Shown here: one piece after another, positions 55,392-64,000 of the stretch
Layout: every line of letters starts with the position of its first letter
Position numbering within the stretch: position 1 is the first letter of the stretch
Source of the DNA: an uncultured Candidatus Saccharibacteria bacterium
GTDB lineage: Bacteria; Patescibacteriota; Minisyncoccia; Phycocordibacterales; JACOZG01
Direction: 5' to 3'
Length of the DNA: 64,000 bases
Assembly (NCBI GenBank): GCA_964448295.1
Contig: CAYUVV010000002.1
Location: 19,081 to 83,080, forward strand
Notes under the pieces: generated by a model
What the model was told of the DNA's origin: nothing
What the model saw: only the letters and a program-made list of their open reading frames with translations
The model's database searches: none
Translations under genes and position numbers: made by a program

Positions 55392-55805
55392 ATGCCGACG
55401 ATCAATCAGTTGGTAAGACGGCCCCGTCGTCACACGGCGCGCAAATCGCGTTCCGTGGCTTTAGCGCGCGGCTTTAATACTCTGAAAAATCATCCGGTGT
55501 TTTACCCGTCGCCTTTTAAGCGCGGGGTGTGCGTTCAGGTCAAAACTACGACGCCGAAAAAACCTAACTCCGCGGTGCGGAAGATTGCTCGCGTTCGTTT
55601 AACCAACGGTGACGAAGTGACGGCTTATATCCCCGGTATGGGGCACAACCTGCAGGAGCACTCCATGGTGGTGATCCGCGGCGGCCGAGTTAAAGACTTG
55701 CCCGGCGTGCGTTACCACATTGTGCGCGGCGTGCTCGATGCCGCCGGTGTGGAGAACCGCCGTCAGGGGCGGAGTCTCTATGGCGCCAAGCGCCCCAAGG
55801 CCTAG
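55392..55805 (+). CDS. rpsL: 30S ribosomal protein S12 (with an about 12-aa insertion near the N-terminus)
   Basis: PTINQLVR...[61 protein letters not shown]. Confidence 0.9.
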   Translation: MPTINQLVRRPRRHTARKSRSVALARGFNTLKNHPVFYPSPFKRGVCVQVKTTTPKKPNSAVRKIARVRLTNGDEVTAYIPGMGHNLQEHSMVVIRGGRVKDLPGVRYHIVRGVLDAAGVENRRQGRSLYGAKRPKA

Positions 55806-56318
55806 TTGTTTATGCGTCGTCCGATTAAATTTGCTCCTCGACGCCAGCCCGATTTGGTATACCAATCGGCCGAGGTTTCGCGTTTGATTAATTACGTGAT
55901 GAAGAACGGCAAGAAAGAGACGGCGCGACGGGTCGTCTATCGCGCGCTGACGCGCGCAGGCGAAGAATTAAAACGGCCACCGCTTGAGGCTCTAGAGACC
56001 GCAGTTAATAACGTTGGGCCACAAATGGAGCTACGTTCGCGGCGGGTGGGTGGTGCGAACTACCAGATTCCTTTTGAGGTTAGTCCAGTTCGCCGTTTGA
56101 CTCTCGCCCTGCGCTGGATGATCGAGGCCGCGGCCGCTCGTACTGGTAAGCCAATGGCTGAACGTCTGGCCGAAGAATTAGTGGCCGCCGCCAAGAATGA
56201 GGGTGAGGCCATTCGCCGGCGCGAGAACGTGCACAAAATGGCCGAGGCCAACCGAGCCTTTGCTCATTTCGCTCGCGCCACCAACCGTCCGAAGCGCCCG
56301 ACTCTGCCGAAAGTTTAA
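55806..56318 (+). CDS. rpsG: 30S ribosomal protein S7
   Basis: Conserved S7 C-terminus (ENVHKMAEANRAFAHF). Confidence 0.9.
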   Translation: MFMRRPIKFAPRRQPDLVYQSAEVSRLINYVMKNGKKETARRVVYRALTRAGEELKRPPLEALETAVNNVGPQMELRSRRVGGANYQIPFEVSPVRRLTLALRWMIEAAAARTGKPMAERLAEELVAAAKNEGEAIRRRENVHKMAEANRAFAHFARATNRPKRPTLPKV

Positions 56319-58457
56319 ATGCCCGCCGATTATCCGCTCGCCCGCGTTCGTAATTTAGGCGTTATCGCCCACATTGACGCCGGCAAAACGACGGTCACGG
56401 AACGGATCTTGTTTTATACTGGGGTTTCGCACAAGATCGGCGAGGTCCATGAAGGCAATACGGTTATGGACTGGATGGAACAGGAGCGCGAACGGGGAAT
56501 TACTATCACCGCCGCCGCTACCACCGCCTATTGGCAACCCACCGACGACTCTCGGCCCGAGGCCAAGGTCAAACTAAATATCATTGATACGCCCGGGCAC
56601 ATTGACTTTACGATTGAGGTTAAACGCTCCCTGCGGGTGCTCGACGGGGCGGTGGTGGTGTTTGACGGTGTTGCTGGTGCCGAGCCCCAGTCGGAAACTA
56701 ATTGGCGCTACGCCGACGACTATGCCGTGCCGCGGATCTGTTTTATTAACAAACTTGATCGCACTGGCGCCTCTTTCGAGCGCTCTTATCAATCAATTTT
56801 AGAACGTCTGTCGCCCAAGGCCGTTAAATTGCAGATTCCCGACGGCCACGAAGATCAATTCCACGGAGTAATTGATTTGTTGACGCGGCAGTACATTACC
56901 TTTAGCGGCGAACGGGGTGAAAAGATGGAGCGGCTAGCGGTTCCCCCCAGTCTCCAAGAGGCAACCGAAAAAGAGCGGGCGATTTTGGTAGAAAAAATTG
57001 TGGAGCATGATGATGCGGCGATGGCTGAATATCTGGAAGGTCGGGAAGTGCCGGTGGCGCGTTTACAAGAGATCTTGCGTCGCGCGACGATTGCCAACAA
57101 AATTTTCCCAGTTTTTTGCGGTTCGGCTTTGAAAAACAAAGGCGTCCAATTGATGCTTGATGCGGTGGCGCACTATCTGCCATCGCCGATCGACGTGCCG
57201 GCGGCTCGCGCCACTGATCCGGAGACCGGGGATGAAATTGAGATTTTAACGGACGAAGCGGCGCCGCTTACCGCCCTGGCTTTTAAAAACGCGGCCGACC
57301 CGTTTGTGGGCTCATTAACTTTTTTCCGAGTTTATGCCGGTTGTATCGAATCCGGTTCTTATGTTTTGAATACCCGAACGGGCCGGCAAGAACGGATCAG
57401 CCGGATTGTTCGTTTGCACGCCAATGAACGGCAAGAGGTCAAGCAAGTTTGGGCGGGCAATATTGCCGCCGCCGTCGGCTTGAAGGATACGAAAACAGGC
57501 GATACGCTTTGCGATCCCAAGCACGTGGTTCTGCTTGAGGGGATCGAATCGCCTGAACCGGTGATTTCCCTACGGGTGGAGCCGAAGACTAAAGCCGATC
57601 AAGAGAAAATGAGCATGGCTTTGAAAAAATTGTCAGACGAAGATCCGACGTTCCGTGTGAAAGGCGACGAGGAAACGGGCGAAACGATTATTTCTGGTAT
57701 GGGCGAATTGCACTTAGAGATTTTGGTTGACCGAATGAAGCGTGAGTTTAATGTGGAGGCAAATGTCGGCAAGCCCCAAGTGGCTTACCGTGAGACGATT
57801 GTCGGCGAAGCCGAAGTTGAGCAAAAATATATCAAGCAGTCTGGCGGTCGCGGACAGTACGGCCACGTTAAAATCCGTCTAAAACCAATGGCGCCGCTTG
57901 TTGCAGGAGCGAAAATTGGTAAGAACGTCAGCCGTGACGACCACTTCGAATTCATTAACTCCATCAAAGGCGGCATTATTCCTCAAGAATATATTCCAGC
58001 GGTGGAAAAAGGCGTAAGGGAGGGTTTGGATCGGGGAGTCGTCGCCGGTTTTCCGTTGGTGGATGTTTCTTGCGAGCTTTTTTACGGTTCTTATCACGAG
58101 GTCGACTCTTCTGAGCTCGCGTTTAAGCTTGCCGGCTCAATGGCCGTTCAGGAGGCGGCGCGGCGGGCTAAGCCGGTTTTACTTGAGCCGGTGATGAAGG
58201 TAGAAGTTGTTACGCCGGAGAAATTTATTGGCGACGTGACGGGTAGTTTGAGTAGTCGGCGCGGGCAAATTGAAGGAACGGAGGATCGCGGCTTAGCCAA
58301 GATTGTGCGGGCGAAGGTGCCTCTGGCCGAAATGTTTGGCTATATGACGACACTTCGCTCGATGACGGAGGGGCGGGCGACGTTCACGATGGAATTTGAC
58401 CGCTATCTCGTGATTCCCCCAAATGTGGCCGAAAAAATTATCAGCGCTAGAAAATAA
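56319..58457 (+). CDS. fusA: Elongation factor G
   Basis: NLGVIAHIDAGKTT ... DTPGHIDF ... 712 aa. Confidence 0.95.
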   Translation: MPADYPLARVRNLGVIAHIDAGKTTVTERILFYTGVSHKIGEVHEGNTVMDWMEQERERGITITAAATTAYWQPTDDSRPEAKVKLNIIDTPGHIDFTIEVKRSLRVLDGAVVVFDGVAGAEPQSETNWRYADDYAVPRICFINKLDRTGASFERSYQSILERLSPKAVKLQIPDGHEDQFHGVIDLLTRQYITFSGERGEKMERLAVPPSLQEATEKERAILVEKIVEHDDAAMAEYLEGREVPVARLQEILRRATIANKIFPVFCGSALKNKGVQLMLDAVAHYLPSPIDVPAARATDPETGDEIEILTDEAAPLTALAFKNAADPFVGSLTFFRVYAGCIESGSYVLNTRTGRQERISRIVRLHANERQEVKQVWAGNIAAAVGLKDTKTGDTLCDPKHVVLLEGIESPEPVISLRVEPKTKADQEKMSMALKKLSDEDPTFRVKGDEETGETIISGMGELHLEILVDRMKREFNVEANVGKPQVAYRETIVGEAEVEQKYIKQSGGRGQYGHVKIRLKPMAPLVAGAKIGKNVSRDDHFEFINSIKGGIIPQEYIPAVEKGVREGLDRGVVAGFPLVDVSCELFYGSYHEVDSSELAFKLAGSMAVQEAARRAKPVLLEPVMKVEVVTPEKFIGDVTGSLSSRRGQIEGTEDRGLAKIVRAKVPLAEMFGYMTTLRSMTEGRATFTMEFDRYLVIPPNVAEKIISARK

Positions 58458-58459
58458 TT

Positions 58460-58885
58460 ATGAAAATATTTTTTACTCTTTTTACTATAATTCTGTGGTT
58501 TGTTTCAGGACCGCTGGTTAACGCTCAGATTAAATCGAGAAAAGAGGAAAAAGTTTTGGAGCCACAACCGGTGGTCATGGTGACAACTAAACCATCAGAC
58601 AAGAAAATGTATTTGGGTGATACGGAGGTGATGATTAACCCAGCCGCGGCGACCACCAAAGCCCAGCAAAAATTGGGATTAGTTGATTTGAACAAAATCG
58701 AGCTTTATGCCAAACAAGAGATCGCCGGTGAAAATAAAATTCCTGCCTATCAAGTGACTGCCGAGCGCGAGGCCAAGCTTTTTGGGGTTTTTAAAGCCGG
58801 GGTGGCCGAAAAGGTGGAAATCAATGCACTTAACGGCCCGGTGAGTGAAGTGAAAACTCCGTGGTGGAGTTGGTTATCGTTCTAG
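58460..58885 (+). CDS. Small secreted hypothetical protein (141 aa) inserted between fusA and tuf
   Basis: Signal peptide MKIFFTLFTIILWFVSGPLVNAQ. AT-rich relative to flanking genes. Starts 3 nt after the fusA stop. Confidence 0.5.
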   Translation: MKIFFTLFTIILWFVSGPLVNAQIKSRKEEKVLEPQPVVMVTTKPSDKKMYLGDTEVMINPAAATTKAQQKLGLVDLNKIELYAKQEIAGENKIPAYQVTAEREAKLFGVFKAGVAEKVEINALNGPVSEVKTPWWSWLSF

Positions 58886-58887
58886 TT

Positions 58888-58918
58888 GACCGTCGATGAG
58901 CTGTCTGTTAGTATCTTA
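58888..58918 (+). promoter_or_regulatory. Putative sigma70-like promoter for tuf (TTGACC-N17-TAGTAT)
   Basis: Seen in sequence about 55 nt upstream of the tuf ATG. Coordinates ±2. Confidence 0.4.
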
Positions 58919-58972
58919 ATTCCAAAGCTGGAGCGAATTTTATAAACACTTAGTCTTAATTATTTTAGCAAT

Positions 58973-60166
58973 ATGGCAGACAAATTTGATCGCAGTAAGC
59001 CGCATGTGAACGTGGGAACCATTGGCCACGTCGACCACGGCAAAACGACGTTGACGGCCGCCATCCTTCATAGTTTGAAGTTGGCTGGGCGCAATGTTCG
59101 GGAAAAGAAAGTTGACGAAATTGATAGCGCGCCGGAAGAAAAGGCGCGCGGTATTACCATTGCCCTGTCGCACAACGAGTATGAGACGGAAAAGCGCCAC
59201 TATGCGCACATTGATGCGCCCGGTCACGCCGACTACATCAAAAATATGATTACCGGCGCCGCCCAAATGGATGGCGCGATCATTGTGGTGGCGGCCACGG
59301 ATGGCGTAATGCCGCAAACTCGCGAGCACATTCTCCTTGCGCGCCAAGTGGGTGTGCCGCGGATTATTGTTTTTCTGAACAAGTGCGACATGGTCGACGA
59401 CCCCGAACTGATTGATTTGGTCGAGACGGAAGTCCGAGAATTGTTGACGAAATATGAGTATGATGGCGACAAAGCTCCGATCATTCGTGGTTCGGCCTTG
59501 AAGGCTTTGGAAGCCGATAGCGCTGATGATGAGAACGTGAAAAAGGTTTTGGAGTTGGCGCAGGCCCTCGATGATTATATTCCCGAGCCCCAACGCGAGG
59601 TTGACAAGCCCTTCTTGATGCCAATTGAAGATATTTTTTCGATTGAGGGCCGGGGTACGGTGGTAACCGGACGGATTGAACGTGGCAAGGTTAAGATTGG
59701 CGAAGAAGTTGAGATCATCGGTCTTAAAGATACCGCCAAGACGACAGTCACCGGGATTGAAATGTTTAACAAGTCGCTTGACGAAGGTATCGCGGGCGAC
59801 AATGCCGGCATTCTTCTGCGTGGCGTAAAGAAAGAAGACATTACCCGCGGGCAGGTGCTCTCCAAGCCGGGAAGCGTAACACCACACACCGAGTTTGAAA
59901 CGGAGGTGTATATCTTAAAGAAGGAGGAGGGCGGACGTCACACGCCTTTTATTTCCGGTTACAAGCCGCAATTTTACATCCGGACGACGGATGTTACGGG
60001 TGAAGTGACCTTGCCGGAATCTACCAAAATGGTTATGCCGGGCGATACCGTCAGCTTCAAGGTCAAGCTGGTGGCTCCGGTGGCTTTGGAGGAAAAGCAG
60101 CGTTTCGCGATCCGCGAGGGCGGGCATACCGTGGGCGCTGGCGTCGTCTCGAAAATTATCGCTTAA
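58973..60166 (+). CDS. tuf: Elongation factor Tu
   Basis: [13 protein letters not shown] ... DAPGHADY ... NKCD. Confidence 0.95.
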   Translation: MADKFDRSKPHVNVGTIGHVDHGKTTLTAAILHSLKLAGRNVREKKVDEIDSAPEEKARGITIALSHNEYETEKRHYAHIDAPGHADYIKNMITGAAQMDGAIIVVAATDGVMPQTREHILLARQVGVPRIIVFLNKCDMVDDPELIDLVETEVRELLTKYEYDGDKAPIIRGSALKALEADSADDENVKKVLELAQALDDYIPEPQREVDKPFLMPIEDIFSIEGRGTVVTGRIERGKVKIGEEVEIIGLKDTAKTTVTGIEMFNKSLDEGIAGDNAGILLRGVKKEDITRGQVLSKPGSVTPHTEFETEVYILKKEEGGRHTPFISGYKPQFYIRTTDVTGEVTLPESTKMVMPGDTVSFKVKLVAPVALEEKQRFAIREGGHTVGAGVVSKIIA

Positions 60167-60523
60167 ATGGCTACCGCTTCGACCAAGAGGAAAGAAGCCC
60201 GGCACGGGGACGAAGCGGTGCAGAAGATTCGCATTCGTGTTGCGGCTTATGAGAACAAGGTGCTCGACGCGAGCGTTAAGCAGATCGTCGATACCGCTCT
60301 TCGTTATGATGGGGTGGTAGAGGGGCCGGTGCCGCTTCCGACGGAGATCAAAAAATATACCGTTAATCGTAGTTCGTTTGTCCACAAAAACGCGCGCGAA
60401 CAATTTGAAATGCGGATCCACAAACGTCTGATTGATATCTTGAATCCCGGTCCGAAAATTATTGAGAGTTTGACTAATTTGCATCTACCATCAGGCGTGA
60501 ACATTGACGTCAAAATGCTTTAA
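60167..60523 (+). CDS. rpsJ: 30S ribosomal protein S10
   Basis: IRIRVAAYENKVLD ... PLPTEIKKYTVNRS. Confidence 0.9.
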   Translation: MATASTKRKEARHGDEAVQKIRIRVAAYENKVLDASVKQIVDTALRYDGVVEGPVPLPTEIKKYTVNRSSFVHKNAREQFEMRIHKRLIDILNPGPKIIESLTNLHLPSGVNIDVKML

Positions 60524-60538
60524 GCTTGGTTATGCCGA

Positions 60539-61123
60539 TTGTTAATTACTATGAATTTTATCTTAGGCCGGAAGAAAGGGATGTCGCAGGTGTTTACACC
60601 CGAGGGGGTAGTGCCCGTAACGGAGATCGAGGCCGGGCCGGTAGTGATTACGGCGCTCAAAACCAAAGAGCGCGACGGTTATCAAGCGGCGCAGGTTGGA
60701 TTTGAGCCAGTGTCGGACAAGCGACGATTCCGCGTGCGACGCGAGTGGCGCGCGGTTACTGACTCTTTGCCGGAATTAAGTCTCGGTCAAGAATTGACCG
60801 TTGACGGTTTTGCTGTGGGCGATATCGTTGCCGTCAGCGGGGTGTCTAAGGGCAAGGGTTTCCAGGGTGTGGTCAAACGCCACGGTTTCCGCGGCGGACC
60901 GCGTACTCATGGCCAAAAGCATAGCGAGCGCGAACCGGGTTCCATCGGCGGCGGCCTGCGAACTCGCGTGCCGAAAGGTATGCGGATGGCGGGGCGGATG
61001 GGTGGTAAAAGAGTGACGATTCGTAATCTACGGGTAGTGGCGGTGGATGCTGCCGACCGGCGCTTGCTTGTTTCGGGAGCTATCCCGGGTCGTCGCGGGA
61101 CCGTGCTTGAGATTCGCAGTTGA
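60539..61123 (+). CDS. rplC: 50S ribosomal protein L3
   Basis: ILGRKKGMSQVFTPEG...FKGVVKRHGF.GG..THGQK. Confidence 0.9.
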   Translation: MLITMNFILGRKKGMSQVFTPEGVVPVTEIEAGPVVITALKTKERDGYQAAQVGFEPVSDKRRFRVRREWRAVTDSLPELSLGQELTVDGFAVGDIVAVSGVSKGKGFQGVVKRHGFRGGPRTHGQKHSEREPGSIGGGLRTRVPKGMRMAGRMGGKRVTIRNLRVVAVDAADRRLLVSGAIPGRRGTVLEIRS

Positions 61124-61803
61124 TTGCTGATATGAAAAAAATTGAAGCGCCAATCTATAACTTGGAAGGCAAAAAAGTGGGGTCCACCACCTTGCCGTCG
61201 ACTCTGTTCGGCAGGCGTTGGAGCGCTGATTTGGTTCATCAGGTCGTGGTGGCGATGTCAGCCAATCAGCGGCGTGGTACGGCTTACGCCAAAGATCGCG
61301 GCGCGGTTTCTGGTGGTGGCCGCAAGCCTTGGAAGCAAAAAGGCACCGGTCGGGCGCGTCATGGCTCGACCCGTTCGCCTCTATGGCGGAAAGGCGGAGC
61401 TGTGCACGGTCCGACACTCGAACGATCTTACAAGCAAAAAATCAACAAAAAGATGCGCCGGGCGGCGTTGGCCTCCGTTCTCTCGCGCAAGTGGCGCGAC
61501 GGCGAGGTTCTGCTTGTTGATGATTTAAACTCGGTCGCTGGCAAAACCAAGGCCGCACGGCAGGCGCTTCTTCGTTTGGCCGCCCTCGACGGTTTCCGCG
61601 AACTCGGTTATCGTCATGGGCGTCGGGCCTTGGTGGTCGCGCCGGTTCTGCCCGCGGCGGTGTCGCGCGGGTTCCGCAACTTACCTACAGTGGCAATGTC
61701 GGCGGTGAGTAATTTAGATCCGCTCACAGCCATGCAATCGCGTTACTTGGTACTCGCCGATCCTGTTAATAGTTTAAAAATCTTGGCTGATCGCCTTGGA
61801 TAA
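61120..61803 (+). CDS. rplD: 50S ribosomal protein L4
   Basis: GGGRKPWKQKGTGRARHGS.RSP.W.KGG. Confidence 0.9.
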   Translation: MIADMKKIEAPIYNLEGKKVGSTTLPSTLFGRRWSADLVHQVVVAMSANQRRGTAYAKDRGAVSGGGRKPWKQKGTGRARHGSTRSPLWRKGGAVHGPTLERSYKQKINKKMRRAALASVLSRKWRDGEVLLVDDLNSVAGKTKAARQALLRLAALDGFRELGYRHGRRALVVAPVLPAAVSRGFRNLPTVAMSAVSNLDPLTAMQSRYLVLADPVNSLKILADRLG

Positions 61804-61806
61804 AAT

Positions 61807-62112
61807 ATGTCGCGCCTCGGAAACAAATTGCGTTCTCTGCCAGAAGTAATCATCCGCCCCTATTTGACGGAACGGACGACGACGCTGGCGACCACCCCTC
61901 ATCCGGTCTACGCTTTTGTGGTTGCGCCCACCGCCACGCGCGCGACTGTGGCACGAGCTTTTCAGGCGATTTACGGGCACCGGCCGTCGCGGGTGAACAT
62001 TATTAACGTCTCGGAGAAAAGGATTGTGGTGCGTGGCCGCGTTGGGAAACGGCCGGGTTTTAAGAAGGCCTTAGTCGCCCTGAATCCGGGTGAGAAAATT
62101 GATTTCGTTTAA
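61807..62112 (+). CDS. rplW: 50S ribosomal protein L23
   Basis: Position in the S10 operon and conserved IRPYLTERT...YAFVVAP. Confidence 0.85.
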   Translation: MSRLGNKLRSLPEVIIRPYLTERTTTLATTPHPVYAFVVAPTATRATVARAFQAIYGHRPSRVNIINVSEKRIVVRGRVGKRPGFKKALVALNPGEKIDFV

Positions 62113-62116
62113 TTTT

Positions 62117-62968
62117 ATGCCAGTCAAAAAATTTGCCCCTCGTAGCCCGGGACGTCGCCAAATGACGACGATCGGTTTCCGCGCCGCTCTGTCTGGTGCC
62201 GCGCCCTCGAAAAAACTGACGAGCGGATTTCGTCGCGCGCGTGGGCGTAATAATTTCGGTCGCATCACCACTCGTCATAAAGGTGGTGGTCACAAGCGTC
62301 GCTATCGTCAGCTTGACTTTTTTTACGCCAAGTCGGGGGTGCCGGCGCGGGTAGAGACGATCGAATACGATCCGAACCGTAGCGGTTTTATCGGCCGGGT
62401 TCTCTACGCGGATGGTGCTCGGGCTTATCATTTACTGCCCAACGGAGTGGGAGTGGGCGAAACGATTGTTTCTGGTGCGGAAGCCGAGGTCCGCCGCGGC
62501 AACCGTTTGCCGCTTGCCAAAATTCCGATCGGAACCCAGATTTACAATTTAGAAATCCAGCCCGGTTCCGGCGCGCGACTGGTGCGTTCGGCCGGAGTTT
62601 TTGCTGAAGTCCTTTCCAATGACGGTGGTTACGTTTCTGTCCGTTTGCCTTCTTCCGAGGTGCGTCGCTTGTCGGAAAAATGCGCCGCTTGCGTTGGCTT
62701 TGTTTCAAACGACGAACATCGTCTGGTATCTTATGGCAAGGCGGGGCGGTCGCGTTGGAAGGGAATCAGGCCGACTGTGCGCGGTTCGGCGATGAATCCG
62801 GTTGATCATCGTTATGGTGGCGGTGAAGGACGCCAAGGCCGCGGTACTCGTCGGGCCGTAGATATTTGGGGTAACCCAACAGGTAAAGGCCAGAAGACTC
62901 GCCGCGCCAAAAAGTATTCCAATCAATCGATCGTTACTCGCCGCGTGCCGAAACGAAAGAAGAAATAA
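62117..62968 (+). CDS. rplB: 50S ribosomal protein L2
   Basis: MPVKKFAPRSPGRR ... GGGHKRRYR ... VRGSAMNPVDHRYGGGEGR. The ORF track starts at an upstream in-frame Met (62090). Confidence 0.9.
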   Translation: MPVKKFAPRSPGRRQMTTIGFRAALSGAAPSKKLTSGFRRARGRNNFGRITTRHKGGGHKRRYRQLDFFYAKSGVPARVETIEYDPNRSGFIGRVLYADGARAYHLLPNGVGVGETIVSGAEAEVRRGNRLPLAKIPIGTQIYNLEIQPGSGARLVRSAGVFAEVLSNDGGYVSVRLPSSEVRRLSEKCAACVGFVSNDEHRLVSYGKAGRSRWKGIRPTVRGSAMNPVDHRYGGGEGRQGRGTRRAVDIWGNPTGKGQKTRRAKKYSNQSIVTRRVPKRKKK

Positions 62969-62971
62969 GCG

Positions 62972-64000
62972 TTACTCTAGGTGGGTGGTTTGATTGATCT
63001 GCGATGCCTTGGTTCGCAGTTGCGGATGTTTTTCTAGGTGCGGATCAGTATTTAATAAGCGCTCTGCTTCCTCGCGGGCGGCGGCGACCATTTTCAAATT
63101 TTGCAAGGCCTCCATCCCTACATCGGAAATACCCCACTGCTCCCGGCCGGTAAGTGAACCGGCGCCGCGCAGCTTTAAATCTAGTTCGGCCAACGCGAAG
63201 CCGTTTTTTGCTTCCACCAGAGCCCGCAGTCGTTGATTACGAGCAGCGGCATCAGTGGTGGGGAACAAGAAACAACGAGCCTGATGCTCGCTCCGGAGCA
63301 CGCGACCGCGTAGCTGGTGTAACTGGGCGAGGCCGAAACGCTCGGCGCCCTCAATCGCTATTATGGTGGCGTTGGGGACGTTAACACCGACTTCGACCAC
63401 CGAAGTGGCGACGAGAATTTGCGTTTTGCCTTCGACGAAGCGGCGCATTTCCTCTTCTTTTTCTTTCGGTTTCAGTTTGCTGTGAACGAGCCCTATCGCC
63501 AACTCCGGAAAAATTTTTTCCTGTAACCGTTTTTGCTCGGCTTTAGCCGATCGGACTTGTAGGGCCATTTCTTTCGCGGGGTCTGGCTCATCGATGCGTG
63601 GGCAAATAACGAAAGCCTGCCGACCGCTTTTTAGTTCGGCGCGGATTTGTTCGTAAGCCGCGCTCCGCCTACTTTCCGGCACCACGATGGTGATTGGTTG
63701 TTTTCGGCCCGGTGGTAATTCATCAAGCAAGGTCAAATCAAGATCGCCGTAAATGGTAAGAGCCAGCGTGCGGGGTATGGGTGTGGCCGTCATCGAGAGA
63801 AGGTGCGGTACCCGTGAGCCGCCGCGGCCCAACCGCGCGCGTTGTTCCACGCCGAAACGATGTTGTTCATCAATTATAACGAGCGCCAAATCTTTGAAGC
63901 GGACGCCTTTTTGAATCAGCGCTTGTGTGCCAACAAGAATCGGAATTTCGCCATTTCCGGCCCACTTGAGAAGTTGGCTCCGAGAAATTTTAGTTGATTC
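62972..64000 (-). CDS. recG: ATP-dependent DNA helicase RecG, C-terminal part (5' end beyond the window)
   Basis: DEQHRFGV (DEAH box), SMTATPIPRTL, QLRGRVLRS. Short C-terminus typical of RecG rather than Mfd. The frame stays open to the window end. Confidence 0.8.
   Translation of the reverse strand, partial: ESTKISRSQLLKWAGNGEIPILVGTQALIQKGVRFKDLALVIIDEQHRFGVEQRARLGRGGSRVPHLLSMTATPIPRTLALTIYGDLDLTLLDELPPGRKQPITIVVPESRRSAAYEQIRAELKSGRQAFVICPRIDEPDPAKEMALQVRSAKAEQKRLQEKIFPELAIGLVHSKLKPKEKEEEMRRFVEGKTQILVATSVVEVGVNVPNATIIAIEGAERFGLAQLHQLRGRVLRSEHQARCFLFPTTDAAARNQRLRALVEAKNGFALAELDLKLRGAGSLTGREQWGISDVGMEALQNLKMVAAAREEAERLLNTDPHLEKHPQLRTKASQINQTTHLE

Noticed and set aside
1-64000. CRISPR arrays or rRNA genes
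   Set aside because: No regularly spaced short direct repeats and no rRNA-like conserved stretches were seen. The repeats found are tandem coding duplications or the IS inverted repeats.

Overview
This is a high-GC (~60%) bacterial window with short, tightly packed, often overlapping genes. The gene content is consistent with a small-genome, possibly CPR/Patescibacteria-like organism; that taxonomic call is inference only.

Working from the start of the window:
- A minus-strand envelope operon (1-6042): a membrane-anchored Ca-binding-repeat protein, a 1047-aa secreted helical giant, and a polytopic membrane protein with a glycine-zipper tail.
- Housekeeping genes (DUF192, ksgA, uvrD-like helicase, LysM-M23 peptidase, comM, dksA-like, NYN, rpsO, xerC-like, cca).
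- tRNA-Arg and tRNA-Gly, then yraN.
- An IS1595-family composite element (21681-25078) with 25-bp terminal inverted repeats and 8-bp ATAATTAA target-site duplications. It carries an AT-rich N6-adenine methyltransferase plus an HsdS-like specificity fragment, and it interrupts a host gene.
- A tRNA island (Pro-TGG, Pro-CGG, Pro-GGG, Gly-TCC) interleaved with small lipoprotein-like genes.
- alr, hup, rny, clpP, tig, ppa and nusA.
- A plus-strand operon in which two large secreted Hep_Hag/YadA-head repeat proteins run directly into pilB, pilC, three prepilins and a large non-canonical pilin-like protein, followed by tpiA and pgk.
- HIT, recJ, rnhA, speH, and a comEC split across two frames.
- A complete diversity-generating retroelement (DGR) at 51970-54530: target gene with C-terminal variable region (VR), template repeat (TR) with adenine-specific differences, Avd-like gene and a reverse transcriptase with the GxxxSQ motif.
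- An M50-like protease and the str/S10 ribosomal cluster (rpsL, rpsG, fusA, a small secreted ORF inserted before tuf, tuf, rpsJ, rplC, rplD, rplW, rplB), ending in a partial recG.

No CRISPR array or rRNA was seen. The most notable systems are the DGR, the IS-borne methyltransferase, and the adhesin-pilus operon with a shared N-terminal Cys motif.
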